Assembly (NCBI GenBank): GCA_029570205.1
Contig: JAKQSI010000042.1
Location: forward strand, 52,936 to 116,935
Length of the DNA stretch: 64,000 bases
Origin: Candidatus Omnitrophota bacterium
GTDB taxonomy: Bacteria > Hinthialibacterota > Hinthialibacteria > Hinthialibacterales > JAKPRU01
Reading direction: 5' to 3'
Part shown: positions 45,015-53,635 of the stretch, one piece after another
How the letters are laid out: the number at the start of each line of letters is the position of its first letter
Position numbering within the stretch: the first letter of the stretch is position 1
Notes under the pieces: model-generated
Seen by the model: the letters and a program-made list of their open reading frames with translations, nothing else
What the model was told of the DNA's origin: nothing
Database searches by the model: none
Program-made: the position numbers and the translations under genes

Positions 45015-45623
45015 CTAAATCCCCCCAAGCTCCTGCAACGCCTCACGCGCATCCTCGGCATACTCGCTGTCCGGGTAATTGGTCAAAAGAGCCTTGTATT
45101 CCCGAATGGCGCTGGAATTATCCTTGAGATATCGATGATAGATCTTCGCTATCCGATACTGCGCTTCGGGAGCATACTGGGAGGCAGGCCACTCCTCAAT
45201 GATCTTGCGAAATTCCCCGATCACCCTCTGGAAATAAGCCGGCTGGTCCCTGCGGCGTGTCTCGAAAATCGCAACGTGCTGCAATTCCATGGCAACTTTG
45301 TATTGCACGATGGCATCCAGGCCCCCGCCCGCCGCGGCCTCATCCAGCTTGGTCCGCTGTGTGGAAAGGTCCTGTCTTTGCTGTTCGATGATCTGTTGCT
45401 GCTGCTGGATGGTCTCCGCCTGCTTCTGAATAGCCGCCCGCAACTCGTCGATCTGGGTCTGCTGGGTCTTTATTGTCTGAAGAATCTCGTTCAGCGTCGC
45501 CTGAACGTCCAGGTCCTGCCCGAATGTCGGCGGGGCAAGCCAGATCGAAATCGCCATGATAACCAGGCCGGTGGGTCGCAAAAACCTGCTTAGGTATTCC
45601 CCGCGAAATGTGTGTTGTTTCAC
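45015..45623 (-). CDS. YbgF/CpoB-like periplasmic protein (signal peptide, Gln-rich coiled coil, TPR-like C-terminus)
   Basis: I place the start at GTG 45623, preceded by GGAGA with a 7-nt spacer. It has a signal peptide ending PPTFGQ, a coiled coil (IDELRAAIQKQAETIQQQQQIIEQQRQDL), and a C-terminal W/YP.S.YA.EA.Y.IA..Y pattern. The longer ORF to 45950 has no supporting features. Confidence 0.7.
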   Translation of the reverse strand: MKQHTFRGEYLSRFLRPTGLVIMAISIWLAPPTFGQDLDVQATLNEILQTIKTQQTQIDELRAAIQKQAETIQQQQQIIEQQRQDLSTQRTKLDEAAAGGGLDAIVQYKVAMELQHVAIFETRRRDQPAYFQRVIGEFRKIIEEWPASQYAPEAQYRIAKIYHRYLKDNSSAIREYKALLTNYPDSEYAEDAREALQELGGI

Positions 45624-45946
45624 CTTTGGATCTCCGTTATTCTCTTGGTTTGTCCCGCCTGCAATAAATACCCCGCCCCGCCGTGTGGAGGGGATTTCAA
45701 AGCACTGTCTCAACAAGTGGGCGCCCTGTGGAAAACCGCATACTCTTCCCCTGCATGAGGGGCCTGAGACTCGCTTTCCAGGAAGGACTCCCGTGGAACT
45801 TCCATCGCCTCGAAATTTCCCAACCATCACGAACGGCGCAGGGATTTTAATACATTCTATCCGAACTCTCTGGAAACTCAATTTACCAGACCCGATTCCA
45901 ATGCGCAATCTCTCTCCGGCGCCGGCCTCGATGCGCAGAGGGAACA

Positions 45947-46372
45947 TCATTCGTTGAAATGACGACCGGAGAGGATGCGCTCGAATGTCGTCTGGTCCAG
46001 GACACTTTCGATGGAATGTCGCACATCATCCCAGATATAATTGATCGGGCAGGTTCTCGCGCGGGGACATCGGGGATGTCCGCTGGAGATTTCGCACCGA
46101 AACGGAAGAATCGGACCGTCAATCTGCCGAATCACCTGCCCCACCGAAATATCTTTCGGATGGCAGGTGAGCATGTATCCGCCGCCCGCTCCCCGTCGGC
46201 TCTCAATGAATCCGGCCTTTTTCAATTCCTGAAGAATCTGCACCAGAAACGGGTGCGGAATGTCCTGGTTGTGCGCGATCGCATCAATCGTAAGGACCTC
46301 ATCCGATTCGTACTTCTTGGCCAATTCATAAATAGCCAGCAGCGCATATTCACCTTTTGCAGACACACGCAT
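45947..46372 (-). CDS. Rrf2-family transcriptional regulator (three-Cys cluster-ligand pattern)
   Basis: It starts MRVSAKGEYALLAIYELA (46372). It has the winged-helix block FLVQILQELKKAGFIESRRGAGGGYML and the Cys pattern C-x8-C-x5-C (FRCEISSGHPRCPRARTCP). The upstream ORF extension to 46918 is rejected. Confidence 0.88.
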   Translation of the reverse strand: MRVSAKGEYALLAIYELAKKYESDEVLTIDAIAHNQDIPHPFLVQILQELKKAGFIESRRGAGGGYMLTCHPKDISVGQVIRQIDGPILPFRCEISSGHPRCPRARTCPINYIWDDVRHSIESVLDQTTFERILSGRHFNE

Positions 46373-46657
46373 CGTCTTGTTTCCGAATCCGATGTTTATG
46401 ATCTTTTTGATAAACTTACCCCCGGTTTCGCAAAGCGTCAATGGGAAAGAGCAGGAATCAATTTCGCCCGACCTGATCTTTGTCCGAATCCTGGGATTGC
46501 CAAATGCTCGTTCTGATCCCATAATATCTGCAAGTTCGCAGTTGTGGCGATATATATGCCGTCGGCGGCGGATACGGATGATGGTGGGAACAGTGCAAGG
46601 TTCTTTTACTTTCTCACGGAGTCTGCTCCGCCCGCTCTGTTCATATAGAAACCTATT

Positions 46658-47425
46658 ATGTTCCGCAACATCGGTTCCATATCGGAGGATCTTACATCCG
46701 GATTGGAGGCCCTCCGCAAACACATCGAGTCCGCCGACTCGACCGATGACCGTACCTGTCCGCTGTGTGATGGTTACGGCAATATCATCGATGAGAAGGG
46801 CGCTCGCCCGTGCCGTTGTGTGCTGAGCCTTCGTCATAGAGAGTTGCTGACCAGCGCCCGCATCCCTCCCCACTATCGCAAAAAGGATCTGGATAACTTC
46901 CAGGCGTATAATCCTCAATTAAAAGCGTGCCTGGTTACCGCGAGGGAATACGTTCAAAACTATTCTCCCGACAACAACCGGGGACTGTATCTCTATGGCG
47001 GACCCGGACTCGGAAAGACCCATCTTGCCATCGCTATCCTGAAAGGACTTCTCCTGCGGGGATTCGATGGCGTTTTCTATAACTTGACAGATCTCTTTGA
47101 TCAGCTGCGCACTTCCATCGCCGATGATACCGGGGGAATTGGCGATCTTATGCGGGATCTGGACCGAGACATCCTGGTTCTCGACGATGTGACTATTCCG
47201 AAACAAACCGCCTGGGTCAGCGACAGACTGTATGCATTCGTCAATTCCCGTTACCAGAACAACAAAACCCTGATTATCACCACCAACCTGGACCCCAAGG
47301 AGCTCACGCTTCGCCTGGGGGATGTGTTTGCCTCCCGCATTTGCGCCATGTGCCGCCAGATCGAACTGAAAGGGGATGATTACCGCGCCCGGATGGAACG
47401 CTCCGGCAAATCCACCTGGCCCTGA
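46658..47425 (+). CDS. DnaC/DnaI-like AAA+ ATPase with an N-terminal four-Cys zinc-ribbon
   Basis: It has C-P-L-C-D...C-R-C at the N-terminus, Walker A LYGGPGLGKTHLA, Walker B ILVLDDV and sensor LIITTNL. Confidence 0.8.
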   Translation: MFRNIGSISEDLTSGLEALRKHIESADSTDDRTCPLCDGYGNIIDEKGARPCRCVLSLRHRELLTSARIPPHYRKKDLDNFQAYNPQLKACLVTAREYVQNYSPDNNRGLYLYGGPGLGKTHLAIAILKGLLLRGFDGVFYNLTDLFDQLRTSIADDTGGIGDLMRDLDRDILVLDDVTIPKQTAWVSDRLYAFVNSRYQNNKTLIITTNLDPKELTLRLGDVFASRICAMCRQIELKGDDYRARMERSGKSTWP

Positions 47426-47544
47426 TCTCTCACCAGTCTGTTCTTTCCCAGTCTCTTTATTGGTGTTACCTGTGCCATTCGTCCTATTCTTCTTTCTTCC
47501 TCTCTCTGGATTCACCCTCTCAAACCGGCTACACTCGCACCGCA

Positions 47545-48681
47545 ATGAAAGCAATTTACCTGGATCACAATGCAACCACTCCGCTCGATCCTCGCGTCCT
47601 GGATGCGATGATGCCCTACCTGCGGGAGGAGTATGGTAATCCGTCCTGCCGGTACGGTCCCGGGGTCAATGCCGCTTATGCCGTCGAACGGGCGCGTCTC
47701 CAGGTGGCGAAACTGATCGGCGCGAAACCGGGGGAAATCATCTTCACCAGCGGCGGCACGGAATCCAACAACCTTGCTCTCCGAGGCGCTGTGCGATCGA
47801 TGGGCCGGAAGCATATCGTTACCACATCCGTTGAGCATCCCGCTGTCCTGAATACCTGCAAAGACCTGGAACATTATGAGAACTGCACCCTCAGCATCCT
47901 GCCTGTCGATGCGGAAGGGCGAATCGCTCCTCACAAAGTCATCCGGGCCGTTACCGCTCGGACTGCCGTGGTCAGCGTAATGACCGCCAACAATGAAATC
48001 GGTACGATCCAGCCCATCGCCGAAATCGGATCTCTCTTGCAGAAAGAGGATGTCCTTTTTCACACCGATGCGGTTCAGGCGTTTGGGCGTATTCCGCTGA
48101 ACGTGGTGAACTTGCATGTGGACCTGTTGTCTCTGTCCGGGCACAAGATATTCGGTCCCAAGGGGATCGGCGCGCTGTATATCCGCGAAGGAGTTTCTCT
48201 TCGACCTCAAATCACCGGCGGGGAACAGGAATTCGGCTTGCGCGGCGGAACCCCCAATGTGCCCGCAATTGCCGGATTGGGTATGGCGGCGGAACTGGCG
48301 CGGCTTGAAATGGATAACCGCTCGGTCAGGATCACCTCGCTCGCTGAACAGCTCCGGGACCGCCTGCTCAGCGCGATCCCCGGCCTTCTCATCAATAGCC
48401 CGCCTCGGGATTGCCTGCCGGGAACGTTGAACATCTCCATCCCGGGAGTCTCCGCGCCCCGCTTGGTCGAAAGTCTGGATCGCGAGGGAATCTGTGTGTC
48501 CAGCGGATGTGCCTGTTCCGAGGGCAAGCGGGGGCCATCCCAGGTTGTCTTGGCTGTCACCGGCGACCCTGACCGGGCTATGTCTTGCATTCGGTTCTCC
48601 ATCGGACCCGAAAACACAATGGACGAAATCAACCACGTCGCCCTCACTCTCCCCAAACTCCTTTCCCACCCCACACCCTGA
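47545..48681 (+). CDS. Cysteine desulfurase (NifS/IscS class)
   Basis: It begins MKAIYLDHNATTPLDPRV, has the PLP lysine motif SLSGHKIFGPKGIGALY, and has the catalytic loop SSGCACSEG. Confidence 0.92.
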   Translation: MKAIYLDHNATTPLDPRVLDAMMPYLREEYGNPSCRYGPGVNAAYAVERARLQVAKLIGAKPGEIIFTSGGTESNNLALRGAVRSMGRKHIVTTSVEHPAVLNTCKDLEHYENCTLSILPVDAEGRIAPHKVIRAVTARTAVVSVMTANNEIGTIQPIAEIGSLLQKEDVLFHTDAVQAFGRIPLNVVNLHVDLLSLSGHKIFGPKGIGALYIREGVSLRPQITGGEQEFGLRGGTPNVPAIAGLGMAAELARLEMDNRSVRITSLAEQLRDRLLSAIPGLLINSPPRDCLPGTLNISIPGVSAPRLVESLDREGICVSSGCACSEGKRGPSQVVLAVTGDPDRAMSCIRFSIGPENTMDEINHVALTLPKLLSHPTP

Positions 48682-48734
48682 AATACCGTCTGTCTTCTTT
48701 TACATTCCTTCCTTCCTTCCATTTTATCTTCCTT

Positions 48735-48775
48735 ATTCCTTTAATTTTCAATGTTTAATTCTCAATTCTCTTCCT
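48735..48775. repeat. AT-rich TTAATT-type motif, family F
   Basis: cctttaattttcaatgtttaattctcaattctc has related copies at 54339-54364, 56745-56770 and 59784-59819. All are just downstream of plus-strand genes. Confidence 0.55.
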
Positions 48776-48882
48776 GCCGGCTTCCTATCGCGGTAAACTA
48801 TACTATGGTAAATATAAGTGGATCGTATTTTTCGGGTCTTGCGTCCCAGCGGGAACAAGTCCCGCAAAGAAGGAGTCCGACA

Positions 48883-49071
48883 ATGATTCAACCTCCCGGG
48901 CCGTGGGAACTGATGGTAATTCTCCTTATCGTGATGGTGGTTTTCGGCGCGAAACGTCTCCCTGAAATCGGCAAGGGTCTGGGCAAGGGTATCCGGGAGT
49001 TTAAAAAATCCTTGCGTGAGATCTCGGAAGACGAAAAAGACGAGAATTCCCAGATCGAAGAACCGAAGTAA
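48883..49071 (+). CDS. tatA: Twin-arginine translocase subunit TatA/E
   Basis: It reads [43 protein letters not shown] (TM, F-G hinge, amphipathic helix). An AAGGAG RBS sits 7 nt upstream of the ATG at 48883. Confidence 0.9.
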   Translation: MIQPPGPWELMVILLIVMVVFGAKRLPEIGKGLGKGIREFKKSLREISEDEKDENSQIEEPK

Positions 49072-49101
49072 TTCTCCGGCAATTTAACTTGCAGATATGC
49101 A

Positions 49102-49138
49102 GCCGCCTCCCATCCCGGCGAGGCGGTTGTTTCTTTGT
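49102..49138 (+). terminator. Probable rho-independent terminator after tatA
   Basis: The stem CCGCCTC (49103-49109) / GAGGCGG (49120-49126) has a 10-nt loop and is followed by TTGTTTCTTTGT. Confidence 0.5.
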
Positions 49139-49156
49139 ATCGGGGTTCTTCGACGA

Positions 49157-49235
49157 CCTCCCCCCATCCCTCCCCGCTCTTGGAGCGCGGGCCGGGGGGC
49201 GAGGACACCCCTCGCCCGCTCCCATCCTCTTGCTA
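49157..49235. repeat. Dispersed GC-rich repeat, family B (extended copy)
   Basis: ctccccgctcttggagcgcgggccggggggcgaggac matches the 44971 and 27175 core, followed by acccctcgcccgctcccatcc. Confidence 0.7.
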
Positions 49236-49293
49236 CTCTCCGGCCTATGTATGAAAATACTCCTTCACCCCATCTCGACCGGGAGAAACTCTC

Positions 49294-51417
49294 ATGGCCT
49301 CTCTTCTGGATTTGATTTCCTGCGCCGCTCTCTGCATTACCGCAGGCGCTCTCTGCGTCTCCGCCACAGACCTGGAAAAGATCGACCCCGAAATGCTGTT
49401 TCAATATCAATGGGACCTTGTTCAGAAGGCAGATAACATGCGCCGCGAGAAACTCGCACAGATCCAAACCGTCCCGCAGTGGGAGGCCCGAAAGCAGTAC
49501 GTCCGGGAAAAGATCATGGAAATGATCGGCGCGTTCCCGGAACGCACACCCCTCAATGCGCGTGTCGTGGGGCGGCTCGACCATGAGGATTACCAAGTCG
49601 AAATGGTGATTTACGAAAGCCGACCGAGTTTCTACGTCACCGCCAACTTGTATCTCCCCAAAAACCGCCCGTTCCCCGCGCCCGCCGTTCTGTTTGCCTG
49701 CGGGCATTATCCCGAAGCCAAGGCGGCTGAGAATTACCAACGCTGCTGCATCGGTCTGGTAAAAAAGGGATATGTTGTCCTCAGCTTTGATCCGCTGGGG
49801 CAGGGGGAACGGTTCCAGCATTGGGAGATTGACTTGCACAAGTCTCCGACAGGCCCTACCGTTTTCGAACACTCAAAACTCGGAAATGTTTGCATCCTTC
49901 TGGGATTCAACCTCGCCAACTATTTCATCTGGGATGGAATCCGCAGCCTGGATTATCTGCTGTCACGCCCGGAGGTGGACCCGACACGAATCGGCGCCGC
50001 AGGCAATTCCGGCGGCGGCACACAGACTACCTATATCGCCTCTCTGGATAACCGTGTCACCGTCGCAGTCCCTGATTGCTATATCACCACGCTGAAACAC
50101 CGAATCGAAACCCGCCAGGGCGCGGATGATGAACAGAACTTCAATCCCTGTTTCGTCTATGGCATTGACCACTTCGATCTCCTGAGCCTGCGCGCTCCGA
50201 AACCGATTCAGATCAACGCGGCTATCGAAGATTTCTTCCCGCTGGCGGGCGCTCGACAGACCGCCCAGGACCTGAAAAATCTTTATGGATTTTATGATGC
50301 TGCCGAACGGGTGAACATTGCGGAACTCCCCGGCCCCCATGCTTATGACAAGCCGCATCGTGAGGCGACATACACCTGGATGAACCGCTGGCTCGGAAAT
50401 GAAGCCGCCGGAGATACCGAACCCGAAATCGAAATCGACAACGAATGGCTCCTGCGATGCACCGTAAGCGGCCAGGTGGTGGAATCCCTGGGTGGCGAGA
50501 CCGTTTATACTCTCAATAAGGCTTTCTATCGGAAACACGGGTATGACCGTCCGGTTCCATCTTCATCACCCGAGTTGGAAAAATGGCTCGACATCCTTCG
50601 TGCGGATGTCCGCAGGCTCCTCGCCCTGCCTCCCGCAACCGGCACGCCGCGCCTCTTCCGCTCGGAACCCTCAACAACCGATTTCGGCACACAAACCCGG
50701 CTGGTTTTTGAGAGCGAACAGGGAATTGCGGTTCCCGGATGGCTGCTTATGCCGGAGAAACCTTCGAAGGGAATTGTAATCCTGGTCTTCGAGGACGGCA
50801 AAGATGCCCATCTCAACGATGAGTATGTGCAGAAATCCTTGGCAGACGGTACTGCGATATACCTGATCGACCCGCGAGGCATGGGGGAAACTATGTCCAA
50901 ATTCGGCGATGCCGAGAAATACTACGACTACTTCCGGGAAGAACAGAACCTGGCGTACACCGCGTTCATGTTGGGGAGGCCCTTGCTGGGTGAGCGCGTA
51001 TGGGATGTCCTGCAAGCCGTCGAGGTCGCCGCAACATTACCGGAGCGGAACGGCGGACGGATCGCCTTGCAAGGGCAGGGAAGCGCCGCGCTCCTGGCTC
51101 TGTTCGCGGGTGCATTCGATGAACGAGTCAGCAAAACCACCTGCTGCGATATGCTTGTTTCATACAAATCCCTCGTGATGAATAAGTATTTCCGCTGGCA
51201 TTCCGCGTGCCTGATCCCGGGCGTCTTGCGCTCGTTCGACCTTCCCCTGGTCGCCGTGCTGGTTGCTCCGCGCGCGCTGCTCCTGGATAACACAGTGGAT
51301 GAAATGAAACGACCGATACCTGCCACCAAAGTCCGCGAAATCTATCAGCCTGCCGAGGCCGTCTACCGTATGCGCGGCCACATCCGCTCCTTTAGCATAC
51401 ACGGCCCGGCAATGTAG
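49294..51417 (+). CDS. Exported alpha/beta-hydrolase (acetyl-xylan-esterase / dienelactone-hydrolase-like)
   Basis: 707 aa with an N-terminal hydrophobic signal and the nucleophile elbow G-N-S-G-G-G (IGAAGNSGGGTQT). A second alpha/beta-like half contains LIDPRGMGET. Confidence 0.7.
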   Translation: MASLLDLISCAALCITAGALCVSATDLEKIDPEMLFQYQWDLVQKADNMRREKLAQIQTVPQWEARKQYVREKIMEMIGAFPERTPLNARVVGRLDHEDYQVEMVIYESRPSFYVTANLYLPKNRPFPAPAVLFACGHYPEAKAAENYQRCCIGLVKKGYVVLSFDPLGQGERFQHWEIDLHKSPTGPTVFEHSKLGNVCILLGFNLANYFIWDGIRSLDYLLSRPEVDPTRIGAAGNSGGGTQTTYIASLDNRVTVAVPDCYITTLKHRIETRQGADDEQNFNPCFVYGIDHFDLLSLRAPKPIQINAAIEDFFPLAGARQTAQDLKNLYGFYDAAERVNIAELPGPHAYDKPHREATYTWMNRWLGNEAAGDTEPEIEIDNEWLLRCTVSGQVVESLGGETVYTLNKAFYRKHGYDRPVPSSSPELEKWLDILRADVRRLLALPPATGTPRLFRSEPSTTDFGTQTRLVFESEQGIAVPGWLLMPEKPSKGIVILVFEDGKDAHLNDEYVQKSLADGTAIYLIDPRGMGETMSKFGDAEKYYDYFREEQNLAYTAFMLGRPLLGERVWDVLQAVEVAATLPERNGGRIALQGQGSAALLALFAGAFDERVSKTTCCDMLVSYKSLVMNKYFRWHSACLIPGVLRSFDLPLVAVLVAPRALLLDNTVDEMKRPIPATKVREIYQPAEAVYRMRGHIRSFSIHGPAM

Positions 51418-51463
51418 ATCTAATCCGCGCCCGTGTTTTTGCACAGATGAGACTTGCCAATAT

Positions 51464-51560
51464 CGTCATTCCGGCGCAAGCCGGAATCCAGGGAATCCGT
51501 GCCCTTGCACGTCCTGGTCTCTTTTTCGTGGCTTCGTGCGGTTTCGTGATTTCGTGATTC
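51464..51560. repeat. Hairpin repeat (family E) followed by a TTCGTG tandem tract
   Basis: The stem in gtcattccggcgcaagccggaatcc is ATTCCGGC/GCCGGAAT. It is followed by ttcgtggcttcgtgcggtttcgtgatttcgtgattc, which has four TTCGTG units. Confidence 0.65.
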
Positions 51561-51577
51561 TTTCCCTCCACCTTTCC

Positions 51578-51606
51578 TTGACACAAATGTCTTCCATCGC
51601 TATATT
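51578..51606 (+). promoter_or_regulatory. Consensus-like sigma-70 promoter of the ilv leader/operon
   Basis: TTGACA (51578-51583), a 17-nt spacer, then TATATT (51601-51606). Confidence 0.6.
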
Positions 51607-51616
51607 TTCTCTAATC

Positions 51617-51712
51617 ATGAACGCGATCACTCTTCTTCCCAACGGTATGGTTCTTGGCGTCGCTCTTGTCGTCGTAGTAGCGACGCATACGCCCATGGCC
51701 GTGGGGAGGTAG
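51617..51712 (+). CDS. ilv leader peptide (31 aa, Val/Leu/Ile-rich)
   Basis: The sequence is MNAITLLPNGMVLGVALVVVVATHTPMAVGR, with 12 of 31 residues branched-chain including a VVVV run. It is followed by an antiterminator/terminator pair and lies directly upstream of ilvB. Confidence 0.65.
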   Translation: MNAITLLPNGMVLGVALVVVVATHTPMAVGR

Positions 51713-51737
51713 AGCTCGAACAAAAAAAATCCCCGAA

Positions 51738-51775
51738 GGCCGTGGGCGGCGAAAGCGCCCACGGCCTTTTCTTTT
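51738..51775 (+). terminator. Attenuator terminator upstream of ilvB
   Basis: Perfect 11-bp stem GGCCGTGGGCG (51738-51748) / CGCCCACGGCC (51756-51766) followed by TTTTCTTTTTC. The 5' arm can alternatively pair with GCCCAUGGCC (51691-51700) inside the leader ORF. Confidence 0.75.
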
Positions 51776-51816
51776 TCGGGAGACTGCCTATCTCACGCAG
51801 GGATTGGAGGTACACC

Positions 51817-53616
51817 ATGACCGGCAAGCCGCAAGATAAAACGGAACCCGCCGCACCACCCGCAATCTCAAACGAACCACGGGCCACGCTCGGCGCGCAA
51901 ATTGTCATTGACGCCCTCGAACAGGAGGGAACCGAAGTCGCATTCGGATTCCCGGGTGGCGCCATCATTGATGTGTTCGACATGCTCAACCGATCCGAGA
52001 AAATCCGCTTCGTTCTCGTTCGGCATGAGCAGGGGGCCATGCACATGGCGGAAGGGTATGCCCGCTCCACGGGCAAGGTCGGCGTTGTCCTTGTCACCTC
52101 CGGTCCCGGCGCAACAAACACCGTCACCGGACTCGCCGATGCCTATATGGATTCCATTCCTCTCGTGGTGATCTCCGGACAGGTCGCCACGCCGCTCATC
52201 GGCAATGATGCTTTCCAGGAGGCCGATGTCGTCGGAATTACACGTCCCGTTACCAAGCACAACTATCTCGTCAAAAACGTCCGGGAACTGCCCCAGATTC
52301 TCCGGAATGCCTTCCATATCGCCCGGACCGGCAGGCCCGGCCCCGTCGTCGTGGATATCCCCAAGGATATCCAGAAAGCCACATTGGAACACGGTGTCTA
52401 CCCCGATGAACCCCTCCTGCCGGGATACCATGTCCGGACCTCCGCACCCATTGAGAAGGTCAAACAGGCCTGGGATCTCATCAAGCGTTCCAAGCGTCCC
52501 CTGATTTACGCAGGGGGTGGCGTGATTAACGCCGATGCTGCCGATGAACTGTTCCAGTTCGCCACACGCGCCAATATACCTGTCACCACCACACTGATGG
52601 GACTGGGCGCATTCCCCGAAACGCATCCCCTGTCCCTGCTCATGCTGGGGATGCACGGGACGGTGTACGCCAACAAGGCCGTCCAGACGTGCGATGTCCT
52701 CATTGCCATCGGCTCCCGTTTCGATGACCGTGTGACCGGCAAGATCAGCGAGTTTGCCCCTAATGCGAAAATCATCCACGCCGATATCGACCCCTCGTCC
52801 ATCAGCAAGAATGTCGAGGTCGATGTCGATCTGGTCGGCGATGCCAAAAACATCCTGCGCGACCTGAATAAGTTGGCCGATCGTTGCGATACCGACGAAT
52901 GGGTCGAACTGATCACCCAGTGGAAAAACCAATATCCGTTGCGCTACAACCACTGCGGCGATGAGGAAATCAAACCGCAGTACCTCATCGAACAGGTGTG
53001 CCGACTGGCCCCTGATGATGCCATCATCGCCAGCGAGGTGGGCCAGCATCAGATGTGGACCGCTCAATACTATACGTTTACCCGCCCGCGCTGCTGGCTG
53101 ACCTCCGGCGGACTCGGCACAATGGGCTACGGGTTCCCGGCGGCTATCGGCGCTCAGGTGGCGCATCCGGGACGCCTGGTGATCGACATCGCAGGCGATG
53201 GCTCCATTCAGATGAATATCCAGGAAATGGCCACCGCCGTGTACAACAACCTGCCTGTGAAAGTTGTTATCGTAAACAACGGCTGGCTGGGTATGGTGCG
53301 CCAGTGGCAGGACCTCTTCTATCAAAAGAACTATTCCGCCACCGAACTTGTCCGACCTCGCCCCGCAAAAGATCCGTCCTCCTATGGTTCATGGGAGGGA
53401 CAGGATTATCGCCCCAACTTCGCCGAATTGGCCCGAGCCTATGGGGCTTGGGGAAAACGCGTCACCAAACGCTCCGAGCTGGAACCTGCTCTGAAAGAGG
53501 CGTTCTCCAACGACCAGCTGTGCCTCATTGATGTGTGGGTCACACGGGAGGAGAACGTGTATCCCATGGTCCCCGCAGGGGCGTCGCTCAACCAAATGCT
53601 CGAAGGAATGGCGTGA
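51817..53616 (+). CDS. ilvB: Acetolactate synthase (acetohydroxy-acid synthase) large subunit
   Basis: I place the start at MTGKPQDK (51817), preceded by GGAGG. TPP-enzyme motifs are GAQIVIDALEQEGTEVAFGFPGG, SGPGATN and GGLGTMGYGFPAAIGA...GDGS.QMNIQE. The ORF extension to 51742 would run through the terminator. Confidence 0.93.
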   Translation: MTGKPQDKTEPAAPPAISNEPRATLGAQIVIDALEQEGTEVAFGFPGGAIIDVFDMLNRSEKIRFVLVRHEQGAMHMAEGYARSTGKVGVVLVTSGPGATNTVTGLADAYMDSIPLVVISGQVATPLIGNDAFQEADVVGITRPVTKHNYLVKNVRELPQILRNAFHIARTGRPGPVVVDIPKDIQKATLEHGVYPDEPLLPGYHVRTSAPIEKVKQAWDLIKRSKRPLIYAGGGVINADAADELFQFATRANIPVTTTLMGLGAFPETHPLSLLMLGMHGTVYANKAVQTCDVLIAIGSRFDDRVTGKISEFAPNAKIIHADIDPSSISKNVEVDVDLVGDAKNILRDLNKLADRCDTDEWVELITQWKNQYPLRYNHCGDEEIKPQYLIEQVCRLAPDDAIIASEVGQHQMWTAQYYTFTRPRCWLTSGGLGTMGYGFPAAIGAQVAHPGRLVIDIAGDGSIQMNIQEMATAVYNNLPVKVVIVNNGWLGMVRQWQDLFYQKNYSATELVRPRPAKDPSSYGSWEGQDYRPNFAELARAYGAWGKRVTKRSELEPALKEAFSNDQLCLIDVWVTREENVYPMVPAGASLNQMLEGMA

Positions 53617-53635
53617 CATCCGATAGGAGGAAATC

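Noticed and set aside
45015-46918. Long 5' extensions of two ORFs (45015-45950 and 45947-46918)
   Set aside because: The recognisable proteins (YbgF-like and Rrf2) begin at internal starts, GTG 45623 with a GGAGA RBS and ATG 46372. The extensions lack motifs and would span the intergenic regions.
51742-51816. ilvB start at 51742 as listed in the ORF track
   Set aside because: That extension is read straight through the 11-bp terminator hairpin and its U-tract. The ATG at 51817 has a GGAGG RBS and gives a normal AHAS N-terminus.
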